Positions 14,160 to 23,167 of a stretch of 64,000 nucleotides of DNA are shown here, piece after piece (the first letter of the stretch is position 1; each line of letters begins with the position of its first letter). Under the pieces are notes generated by a model. That model had not been told where the DNA came from. It saw nothing but the letters and a program-made list of their open reading frames with translations, and searched no databases. This stretch comes from Eledone cirrhosa (Eukaryota). The DNA is taken from contig CAXHJY010000001.1 of NCBI GenBank assembly GCA_964016885.1, positions 310,001-374,000 on the forward strand, in the 5' to 3' direction. The position numbers were made by a program, and so were the translations under genes.

Positions 14160-14761
14160 TTTCCTTCCTGCCTTATATTTAGATCATTCTACTATGTGCC
14201 TGATTGCAATTAATTCCATATCTGTGAGTCTATTATTTCTGAAGATATCCCTCTTAACATTTGCTAACTTGTTTTCATTCAAATAAGGTCTGCTACCTTG
14301 ACTTAATGTTCTCCATATTTTGTAATAGTCTATTTCTTGTGATGGCTTACCTAATGCAGAGTAATAAGCATAAATTACTTCTTTATATTTTTCTCACGAT
14401 CCCTTTAAATTTTTCTTTTTGTGTTAGTTGTATTAGTGAACTTGGTGGGCTCAAGTTGGGTCAGTCTCTGTTCAATGACCATTCAGGTCAGTATTTAGAG
14501 AAGAGTTTGTGCCAGTGGATGACTTTTCGACCTCAAGTTAGCCCCTTCCTGAGGGATGCGGTTTCTGGTTAACTATAAGACAAGCGATTTGGTGAACTAT
14601 TTTAATTTTTTTTTTCCCATAAAGCATTTTTGTGGGTTCAGAAGTCTGTGTAGAGTTTCCCAGCTCTCTGAGTAAAGCAATTTTTGTTGGTAGTGAAAGT
14701 GCTGGTGGTGGTTGTGGGGATGTCATTGCAACTATTAGTGCTGTTGATTTATTATTATTAT

Positions 14762-14977
14762 GGGCAATGGATTGGCAGAATTGGTAGAGTGTCAAACAAC
14801 ATGCTTAGTGGTATAGAGGTACGGCCCTTTCCGTTCTGAGTTTAAATCCCACCGAAGTTAACCTTACAGGGTCGATAAAATAAAGTACCTGTAACATACT
14901 GGAGTCGATTTAATTGACTTTCCCCTCCCCCAAAATTGCTGGCCTTGTGCCTAAATCAGAAACCATTATTATTATTA
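14762..14977 (+). mobile_element. tRNA-derived SINE, copy 1 (octopus-type)
   Basis: A-box-like TGGCAGAATTGGT, B-box-like GAGTTTAAATCC, central GGGTCGATAAAATAAAGTACC...CTGGAGTCGAT, 3' GGCCTTGTGCCTAAA and (ATT)n tail. Four more homologous copies are nearby. Confidence 0.88.
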
Positions 14978-15264
14978 CTTTGATATCTCAGTCATTGTCA
15001 TTTAACTGGAAAGTTTGTTCAAATGAACATCAAGCCAGAACCTGCAGCCTCAGATATTCAGGACATATCGGTGGGTCCTTCTGGAGTATTCCAAAAAGGA
15101 GGGCTGGGCTAATGTTCTTTAACCATCCTTGGAAGCTCTTTTAAATAGTATCTAGTGCTCCTATGACGATGAGGACCACTTTGATCTCATGACAGTTCCA
15201 AATTCTTTTCAGTTACTGGTTCAGGAACTGGTTAATTTTCTCCTCCTTTTCTTGCACTCTTGCC
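14978..15264 (-). mobile_element. 5'-truncated 3' end of a Dong/R4-type LINE (restriction-like endonuclease C-terminus plus 3' UTR)
   Basis: Minus-strand translation ARVQEKEEKINQFLNQ*LKRIWNCHEIKVVLIVIGALDTI*KSFQGWLKNI...FGILQK, then RYVLNI* after a deletion. This fits the EK..KY..L..E..R.W....V.P.VIGALG motif of RLE-bearing LINEs. Flanked on both sides by (ATT)n. Confidence 0.82.
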
Positions 15265-15281
15265 ATTATTATTATTATTAT

Positions 15282-15483
15282 TAGAGGGTCTGATGCCATG
15301 CTTTGCAGCATAGTTACGGCCCTTTATGTTCTGAGTTCAAATCCTGCTGAGGTTAGCTTTGCCTTTCATCCTTATGGGGTCGATAAAATAATGTACGAGT
15401 AATGCACTGGGGTCAATTTGACTTTCTCCTCCCCTTCAAATTGCTGGCCTTGTGCCTAAAGTAGAAACCATTGTTATATTATT
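15282..15483 (+). mobile_element. tRNA-derived SINE, copy 2 (5' end missing)
   Basis: Colinear with copy 1: B-box GAGTTCAAATCC, GCCTTTCATCC..GGGGTCGATAAAATAA, GGCCTTGTGCCTAAA, ATT tail. Confidence 0.85.
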
Positions 15484-15518
15484 GATTTGATTTCTTGTTT
15501 TTCCTTCTCTCCTTCAAG

Positions 15519-15636
15519 GTAATTAGTAGCAGCATGGTTGAAAACAAAGTTATGTTCACCTCGTTTACTGATTTCCGTATTCGCGGTCACGAAGGAGATG
15601 ATGTACCAATATTGTATAAGAATTCTTTTGACCAAG
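15519..15636 (+). CDS. Internal exon A of a fasciclin (FAS1) domain protein: VISSSMVENKVMFTSFTDFRIRGHEGDDVPILYKNSFDQ
   Basis: Long polypyrimidine tract plus AG (15517-18) and donor GTCAGT (15637). Ends in phase 1, which joins exon B as G+TG=Val. Sequence fits the middle of a FAS1 domain. The exact acceptor is less certain than the donor. Confidence 0.72.
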
Positions 15637-15699
15637 GTCAGTTCTCCACATTGAAATCACATGGTTTTAATATATGATACTTATTTTAGTAGAACTTGA

Positions 15700-15960
15700 A
15701 GGTGTGTGACCCAGGGGTTAAACTGTTGAACTCGGGATCATATGCTTGTGAGTTTGATTCCTAGACTGGGCAACACATGTTCTTGAGTAAGATGTTTCAT
15801 TTCATGCTACTGTTCATGAGGGGACTGAGGCCCTATATCATTGAAACATGAAATGCAACCTCATTGAAGGTCAGTTAAACCTACATATAGGTGTGAGCTG
15901 CAACAATATGATAGGACTGGGGCCCCTATCATTAAAACACTCAGAAAACCTATGAGATAC
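15700..15960 (+). mobile_element. Degenerate SINE-like head followed by repeated GGACTGGGGCCCCTATCATTAAAACA-like units
   Basis: B-box-like GAGTTTGATTCC, then TTCTTGAGTAAGATGTTTCATTTCA, which is shared with a related block at ~17780-18020. Confidence 0.5.
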
Positions 15961-16049
15961 AATCCAGTAAAAGGCCAGCTAAACTTACATGGGGGTAAGC
16001 TGTAAATTTCATTTTTCTCATTTCACTCTAGATTTTCTAGCTGCTCGTC

Positions 16050-16390
16050 ATAATCATATGTCAGTTTTCCATGTTGGCATATGTTGGGCGGGTGAGGGGA
16101 TGGAGATGACCAAATCTCACTCATGCTTTCCTTTTACGGTATTTCTACAGCTAGATGCCCTTCCTAATACCAACCACTTTACAGAGTGTACTGGATGTAT
16201 TTTATATCGTGTACAAGAACTACAATCTTACAGAGTGTACTGGATGTATTTTATTGTGGCATCAGCACTAAAGAGTTTGTCATGTACTTAACATGACTGA
16301 AGAATCTTCTCTACTCTGCAGTCTCCATTTGGTTGGCAGCTACATTATAGAGTGTACTGGGTGCCTTTTATTGTAGCATCAATACTAGAG
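16050..16390 (-). mobile_element. Fragments of an element sharing the RTE-LINE 3' UTR/tail (non-autonomous partner or truncated LINE), internally duplicated
   Basis: Reverse complement CCAGTACACTCTGTAAAGTGGTTGGTATTAGGAAGGGCA...ATGCCAACATGGAAAACTGAC resembles the LINE 3' UTR at 21852-21980. The AGAGTGTACTGG motif occurs three times. Confidence 0.65.
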
Positions 16391-16523
16391 AGGTTATCAA
16401 ATCCTTTACAGGACTAATGGATTCCCTCTCCTTTTGATAATGCCAGTTAATTCTAGCTATGCCTTGATTTGTCTTGATTAAAAAGAAAAGTTCTTCATAG
16501 TTATTGCATTTTCATTATTCTAG

Positions 16524-16668
16524 TGTCTGTAATATCTGGCGAGTCAACTGCCAATATTGTTCTCGGTAATATAACCGTAGGCAATGGTGTAATCCACATG
16601 ATTGATAGACTCTTGGGATATGAGTTCAACACAGTCTTGGAGCAAATAAGGTTAGACAGCAGTGTCTC
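16524..16668 (+). CDS. Internal exon B of the FAS1 protein: (V)SVISGESTANIVLGNITVGNGVIHMIDRLLGYEFNTVLEQIRLDSSV(S)
   Basis: Acceptor TTCATTATTCTAG, donor GTAAGT (16669), 145 bp, phase 1 to 2. Contains the FAS1 H2 motif A.I...NI...NGVIH.ID.LL. Not in the ORF track. Confidence 0.93.
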
Positions 16669-16733
16669 GTAAGTAAATCATATATCTTTTTTGTTCTTTC
16701 CTCGCTCCTCTCTGATGTCCTCTCATTATTAAA

Positions 16734-16920
16734 GGATTGGCAGTATCGGTAGAGGGTTGGACACCATGCTTTGCAGCACAGAGTTACGGCCCTTTATGAT
16801 CTGAGTTCAAATCCTGCTGAGGTTAACGGCACCGATAAAATAAAGTACTGGGGTCGATTTAATTGACTTTCTCCTCCCTCAAAATTGCTGGCCTTGTGTC
16901 TATATAAAGAAACCATTATT
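16734..16920 (+). mobile_element. tRNA-derived SINE, copy 3 (internal deletions)
   Basis: Homologous to copies 1 and 2. Bracketed by the direct repeat CATTATTAAA (16724-16733 and 16914-16923). Confidence 0.85.
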
Positions 16921-16925
16921 AAATT

Positions 16926-17137
16926 TGGCAGAATCGATAGAGCGTCGGACAACATGCTTAGTGGTATAGAGTTTCGGCCCTTTACGTTCTGAGTTCAAAT
17001 CCCACCAAGGTTAGCTTTGCCTTTCATCTTTACAGGATTGATAAAATAAGTACCAGTAATACACTGGGGTTGATTTAATCAACTTGTCCCTCTTCCTCCA
17101 AATTGTTGGCCTTGTACCTAAATCAGGAACCATTATA
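16926..17137 (+). mobile_element. tRNA-derived SINE, copy 4, head-to-tail with copy 3
   Basis: TGGCAGAATCGATAG A-box, GAGTTCAAATCC B-box, full central domain and tail. Confidence 0.88.
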
Positions 17138-17485
17138 AGATTGCTTAGAACAAAGTTTCTTACATAAAATTCTGATGGAAGGGCCTCAGATAAATATAAA
17201 CTCTTTAAAATAAATAGTTTTGTATGAGAGGATCAGGGTTGATTTCAAGCAGATTGGCATCAGAGTTAATTGAAATAGGATGTATTTAATTAAAAATACA
17301 GTCATGAAAAAGTTATTTCTTATTCAAATTAAAATCATCCAACATAGTTTCATATAAGAATCATGTTAAGCTATTATTTATCGTATTAATGAAATAATTG
17401 ATAATTTTTAGTAAATCCTTCAAAATTCTTCATTAATCAATAGCATCTATTGATTAACAAGATGGCCATAAATGGGTTAAATAAT

Positions 17486-17668
17486 TGTTTCTACTTTTGG
17501 CACAAGGCCAGCAATTACCCAGTGTATTACTGGTACTTTATTTTATCGACTCCGTAAGGATGAAAGGCAAAGTTAACCTCGGCAGGATTTGAACTCAGAA
17601 TGGCAAGGACTGTAACTCTATGCATGGTGTCCGACCCTCTACCGATACTGCCAATCCACTGCCCTTGG
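17486..17668 (-). mobile_element. tRNA-derived SINE, copy 5 (inverted), with a 14-bp target-site duplication
   Basis: Reverse complement is colinear with the other copies. ATGGGTTAAATAAT occurs at 17472-17485 and 17669-17682. Confidence 0.9.
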
Positions 17669-17779
17669 ATGGGTTAAATAATGTTTACAATTTAGTTTAT
17701 ATTTGTATATTCTAGAAAGTATTGTAATCATGTGACCTTCGAGTGATTGATAATGATAATAGCTCCAGTTTCTTTACTG

Positions 17780-18020
17780 GGTGGTACATTCTTGAGCAAG
17801 ATATTTCATTTCACATTGCTTCTCATGATAGGACTGGGGTGCTCTATCATTAGAACATACAACTTTGTAGAAGACCAGCATACCTGCACAGGTGTCAGCT
17901 GCAATAACATAAGACTGGAGCCCTTATCATTAAAAATACCCAAGAAATCTCCTGAGAGATGTGAACAGCTGGCTGGAATGGGAGCCCTATCATTAAAACA
18001 TCCAAGAAACCTCCAATGGA
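17780..18020 (+). repeat. Second copy of the degenerate SINE-like block, with three GGA-G-CCCTATCATTAAAA-like units
   Basis: Shares TTCTTGAG(C/T)AAGAT.TTTCATTTCA, ATGATAGGACTGGGG..CTATCATT, AGGTGT.AGCTGCAA.AA and AAGAAA.CT motifs with 15780-15960. Confidence 0.55.
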
Positions 18021-18054
18021 TCTAACATATTTTTATTAAATAATATATATATAT

Positions 18055-18558
18055 AACTCTCATTACTGTTATACGTTCGTTTAATAACCTTCTCGTATTT
18101 AAACACTGATTACTGTTATATGTTTGTTTAATATGGTCGAATTTGTAGGTTTAGATTATAAAAATAACCTTCCTTCTCGTTAACTTTTTTGGGAACATTC
18201 TTCCTTCTTCTTCACCTCTACTCTGTCCACCAATGCCTTGTTTATAAGCCTACAGGGCCTCTCACACCCTTCATCTCTCTCTCTCAGCAAGTATAAAAGG
18301 AACCTGTCGGTGGTCAAAAATTTCAGAATTCTTCAAATCTTCATCCTTACCAATGGGTCATTTGAGAAACGCCATTTTCTTGTCTCTCCATGTTTAACTC
18401 GGTCTATTTACTTAGAATCCAATCTTTCAATTTTATTCGATAATTCTGTCAGACCCTCAAAAACAATCTTCTTGTATTTAAACTCTGATTACTGTTATAC
18501 GTTCGTTTAATAACCTTCACGTATTTAAACACTGATTACTGATATACGTTCGTTTAAA
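18055..18558. repeat. Two ~75-85-bp direct-repeat blocks built from a 47-bp unit (CTGATTACTGTTATACGTTCGTTTAATAACCTTCACGTATTTAAACA), enclosing ~340 bp of unique sequence
   Basis: Blocks at ~18055-18133 and ~18474-18558, each about 1.6-1.8 units. Confidence 0.85.
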
Positions 18559-21500
18559 TTATGGAGAGTATGAAGAATCTGGACACTCAATGACAATGTC
18601 AAAGATAAAGATAAATTCACCTCATGTTGCCAGATGAGAATGCAAGGACTCCTCTTTATTTCAGACATGGATGGCAAACATAACCCCATCTCCCACACCC
18701 CTCCCTACACCCCCAACCCATCCCTTCCACCCACCAAACTAAATCCAAAACTTCAGAGTTGGTACCATGAATGTAGGCACTTTAAAGGTCGCTCTAACGA
18801 GGTTGTAGAGATGCTTGAATGTAAGGAAGTTGATACTTGTTGCGTCCAAGAGACTAGGTGGAGGGGTGGGTCTGCTAGATTCATTGTGGGTAAAAAACGA
18901 TGCTATAAACTTTTGGGTGGGAAATGACAATGGGCTGGGTGGAGTAGGAAATATGTTAGCAGAAAAATGGGTAGATAAGGTAATTGACGTAAATAGAGTG
19001 AAAGACAAAATAATCAAAATAAGACTTGTCCTAAATAGAACTACTGTGACAATAATATCCGCTTATGCACCCCAATCTGGGCTGCTTGGCATTATAAAAG
19101 GCAGATTCTATAAGTCGTTAATGCTCACTACCACCCAAATAGCCGACAGTGACTACATAATTATTGCTACATATTATAAATGGTCATGTTGCACAACATT
19201 GTGACGGCTATGACGGAATCCATGGAGACTATGGGTTTGGTAATAGAAATGAGGAAGGCTTCAGAATCCTGGAATTCTGTGGGAACACACCAGTCAGATA
19301 GATTATATCCTTACCAGAAGACGTGACAAAGTGTCTGTTGTAAGCACTAAATCCCTCCCCCGCAAAGAATGCACCTCCCAACATAGCCTCAGAGTTAGTG
19401 ACCTCATAGTCAAGACGAGACGTACTCGACAACAGAGGAGGACTACCCTGAGAAGAAGAATATGGAAGTTAAAGGACCCTATAACCAGTAATAAATTTAA
19501 AAGCATACTACTTGATGCTTTTGACAGTAAGGAAGAGTAATTAGAGACGTAGAGTATAGAGGAACAGTGGGAATTCCTGCAAGTTAACCTGCTGAAGGTG
19601 ACAGATGAAATCTGTGGCTGGAGCAGACCTATAGGCAGGAGGAGAGTAACATGATGGTGGAACAGTAAGGTGGAGGAGTCAATCAAAGCCAAAAAGGAAG
19701 CTTGGAAAGTATGTCGGGATTGGGGAAGTAGAGAACAAAATCAAGTGGCCAGGAGGGAAGCAGAGGAAAGAAAGTTCAAGCATGTTCTACAACGCGAGGA
19801 CCAAAAACGTGAGGTGTTCAGGATTGTTGGGGAGAAGTGTGTCCGTAATGATGATGGTATACTTGCCATCACTGATACTGATAAGAAGGTAGCTTGGAAG
19901 TGTCACTACGAGAGGCTACTAAATGAGGAGAATAAGTGGGAAAAAGATAGTCTGCCCCAAATCGATCCAATAGAGGGACCAGCCGTGCAAGTTGAAGTTA
20001 GTATAATAAGTAAGGCAATCAAAGATATGAAGACAGGCAAAGCAGCTGGGTCTTCAGAGATAGTTACTGAAATGCTGAAAGCATCTGGATCGGTGGGACA
20101 CACTATGGTCACCCGGATAGTAAACCAAGTCATACAGAATGGGGTCATACCAAATGACTGGTGTAGCAGCATCATCATTAACTGCTACAACGGTAAAGGA
20201 GATGCCCTAGATAGGGGAAACTATAGAGGCATTAAATTAATTGACCAGGTCACGAAGGTCACAGAAAAAGTAATAGCTCAACTAATCAGAGCGAATTGAA
20301 CTAGATGAAATGCAGTTTGGGTTTGTGTTAGGTAAAAGTACCACAGATGCTTGTACGACAACTACAGGAGATGTACCTAGCTAAAAGTAAACCCCTATAC
20401 TTAGCTTTTATTGACTTGGAGAAAGCCTTTGACAGAGTCCCCCGCTCCATTATCTGGTGGGCTCTTAGAAATCTAGGTGTTGATGAATGGCTTGTGAGAG
20501 CTATACAAGCCATGTATAAAGAAACAGTCAGCAAGGTTAGAATTAACAACGAATATAGTGAAGAATTTAGCGTAAAAGTTGTTGTTCATCAGGGCTCTGT
20601 CCTTAGCCCCCTCCTATTTATTATTGCCCTTCAGGCTATAACAGAGGAGTTCAAGACCAGCTGCCCATGGGAACTTCTATATGCAGATGATCTAACGCTC
20701 ATAGCTGAATCAATGGTTGAACTAGAGAAGAAATTCCAAACATTGAAGCATGGCCTAGAATCAAAAGGCCTTAAAATTAACTTGTCTAAGACTAAAGTTC
20801 TAGTATGTAGGAAGGAAAATAAGGGACTGGTCCCCTCTGGGAAATGGCCATGCTCAGTGTGTAGGAAAGGAGTGGTTAGAAACTCTATTTTATGTCCCAA
20901 ATGCAAAGTATGAGTGCATAAAAGATGTTGTGGGATCACAGGTAAGCTAACTAAGAACATAGATTTTATATGTGGCCGGTGCTCAGGTGCAATAAGTAGT
21001 AGCAAGTGCCCACAGGATACTAGCTCCTTCCATTGCCCAGATGGTTCTATAGAAATAGTGGACACCTTCCGTTACCTGGGTGACAAAATCAGCAGTGGTG
21101 GAGGGTGCTCTGAAAGTACAGCAGCCAGAGTCACAACGGGATGGAAAAAGTTCAGAGATCTTATACCACTATTGGCCACTAAAGGTTTCTCTCTAAATAT
21201 GAAAGGCAGACTGTATGATGCCTGCATACGAACAGCTATGTTACATGGCAGTGAGACCTGGGCATTGTGTGCAGAGGATCTGCACAGACTGGAGAGGAAT
21301 GAAGCTTGCATTTTCCGTTGGATGTGTAATAGTAATATACGTGAACGGCAAAGCATAAATGAACTAAGTAGGAATAAGAGGGATAAGATGCTGTTTACTC
21401 GAGAGAAGACTACGTTGGTATGGTCACGTGATGCGCATGAAAGACGACAGCCGTATAAAAAAGTGCAGGGCGATCAAAATTGATGGAAGCTACGGAGTAG

Positions 21501-21992
21501 GCAGACTCAGAAAAACCTGGGACGATTTGATAAATTCCAACCTTACACACTTACACCTCTCCAAGACAATGTCACTGGACCAAGATCTTTGGCGCTACGC
21601 AGTAATACAGAAGACCCGGCTTGCCTAAGTACAAAGCGAAACCTACAGTCAGTAGGCACCTCTTAACCAAAAATACACCCCCATCCCAATACCCCTACCC
21701 CCACCACCATCTACACCACCCCTTTCTCCGTAAAGTTATGTTGGTACCACAACATCCAGTCCTAAATAAATGAGGTCGTGTAGGTGTCACAACAAAAAAA
21801 CACACAGTCCACGCTGTAATGTGGCTGTGTAGGTAACATGGTAAAAACCTCCCAGTCCACACTGTAAACGTGGTTGGTGTTAGGAAAGGCAGACAGTCCT
21901 ATATGAGCAAGACAACAAATCTGGCCTCAAGTGGGACAATTCCCGTCTAAACCCATGCTAGCGTGGAAGATAGACTTTAAACGATGATGATG
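18057..21992 (+). mobile_element. Near full-length, inactivated RTE-like non-LTR retrotransposon (APE endonuclease + RT) with (GAT)n tail
   Basis: APE and RT motifs in order; 3' end CCCATGCTAGCGTGGAAGATAGACTTTAAAC(GAT)4. Candidate low-complexity TSD ATATATATA(T/C)ATAA at 18043-18056 and 21993-22006. The 5' boundary is uncertain (could be ~18560). Confidence 0.9.
18752..21628 (+). pseudogene. Disrupted LINE ORF: APE endonuclease, reverse transcriptase with PHD-like insert, C-terminal RTE-type region
   Basis: APE motifs RVGTMNVGTL, CVQETRW, SAYAPQ, QIDYIL, SQH. RT motifs KAAG, NYRGIKL, FIDLEKAFDRVP, HQGSVLSPLLF, LYADDL, KTKVL, FRYLG. C-terminal LHGSETW and GRLRKTW. Broken by several stops (e.g. 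19538, 20911), frameshifts (~18785, ~18912, ~20297, ~21368) and apparent internal deletions (~19282, ~20348). Confidence 0.93.
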
Positions 21993-22321
21993 ATATATAT
22001 ACATAAATAACGTTACAAATCACTCACAATTCCTTCAGAATAACATTACAAAAATAATGTTGTTGATAAACAAATATAAACATAACAATAAACCATTGCG
22101 AGGAACCTCACAAATATAACAACAAAATATAGGTCCAGAGAAAGAGAAAGGGAGAAGCAAAAACGAAAAGGACCGTCAATTGACCACTAAGTGTGACAAT
22201 TAGCTACACATCACAAGGGTCAACATTGAGGCAACCCAATACTGCAACCTCGTAGGAGGCCAAATAAACCTTCATATGTGGAAACTGTAAATTTTATTTC
22301 AATTTTAATTTTCCATTGTAG

Positions 22322-22481
22322 GAAGTTTGTGTCATTCTTGTCCCAGATTAATATCAACATCGTCGATAGAGCCCTGAAAACTGACAATGCTGTTACCTTA
22401 TTTGTTCCCACAAATGAAGCATTTGATCATATCTTTAAACAAACAGAACAACTTAAACGCGACACAAAATGTTTAGAAAAG
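22322..22481 (+). CDS. Internal exon C of the FAS1 protein: KFVSFLSQININIVDRALKTDNAVTLFVPTNEAFDHIFKQTEQLKRDTKCLEK
   Basis: Acceptor TTTTCCATTGTAG, donor AAG|GTTTGT, 160 bp, phase 2 to 0. TC+G joins exon B in frame. Contains the FAS1 H1 motif TLFVPTNEAF. Confidence 0.94.
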
Positions 22482-22563
22482 GTTTGTTATTCTCTTCTCT
22501 ACAACAATTTTTTTTTTTTTAGGGCGGGGGGTGGGGGGTGTTATCAATGTTTCTCTGTACTAC

Positions 22564-22612
22564 ATCATCATCATTGCTTACTGTCCATTTTCCATGCTAG
22601 CATGGGTTAGAC
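22564..22612 (-). mobile_element. Isolated 3' tail of the same RTE-related family, opposite orientation
   Basis: CATCATCATCATTGCTTACTGTCCATTTTCCATGCTAGCATGGGTTAGAC is a close reverse-complement match to 21945-21992. Confidence 0.75.
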
Positions 22613-22938
22613 AAGTTGTCCCGTTATGAGAAAGCCAGGTCATACAATATTTGTAATTCGAAGTACATATCTCTTCAAATTGAGAAGAACAATTTCAAAG
22701 TGACCATATGCCAGAGCAGGTGCCCCGGCATGGCTGAAATCAGTAAAATAGTAAATAAATGTATGTATATTAATATTCTATATTTATATGATTATATATG
22801 TATAAGGAAGACTTATACATATATAATCCACCTTCCATGCTGGCTACTCCATTGTCAACACCTTATCTTACTCATAAATTCAATATTTGGCTTTCTACAC
22901 CTTCATACCCCTCATAACACAGCTGTTCACACTAGGTA

Positions 22939-23140
22939 GTGGGTGCATTTTATCATGACACCAACACTACCACTTTACAGAGTGTACTGGGCGTAGTCTA
23001 TCATGACATCAGCACTATCACTTTACAGGGTGTACTGGGTACATATTATCATGACACCAACACTACCACTTTACAGAATGTACTGGGTGTAGTCTATCAT
23101 GATACCAGCACTACCACGTTTCAGAGTGTACTGGGTGTAT
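22939..23140. repeat. Minisatellite, 48-bp unit x ~4.2, alternating A/B variants
   Basis: Unit approximates TATCATGACACCAACACTACCACTTTACAGAGTGTACTGGGTGTAGTC. The 16-aa periodicity shows in ORF 22939-23145. Confidence 0.92.
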
Positions 23141-23167
23141 ATTAAAAATGTTATTTTCATTTTAAAG

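Noticed and set aside
14183-14486. Candidate upstream exons 14183-14223 (AG...GTGAGT) and 14428-14486 (AG...GTCAGT)
   Set aside because: Splice signals are plausible and each has a frame ending in phase 0, but neither translation shows FAS1 motifs and they do not join each other in frame. Unsupported without RNA data.
14762-17668. tRNA genes suggested by A/B boxes
   Set aside because: No cloverleaf is evident; the boxes are heads of repeated SINE copies with shared body and tail.
18752-21628. Active LINE or domesticated RT gene
   Set aside because: Multiple stops, frameshifts and internal deletions.
21800-21870. Origin of the 17-bp satellite from the LINE 3' UTR (ACACACAGTCCACGCTGTA / CACACTGTA)
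   Set aside because: The match is short and low-complexity, and the array edge at ~23378 shows no LINE flank.
14261-22939. Other small ORFs in the unique island (e.g. 14261, 14538, 14914, 15989, 17747, 18238, 22616 and ORFs antisense to the LINE)
   Set aside because: They overlap repeats or introns and show no recognisable domains.
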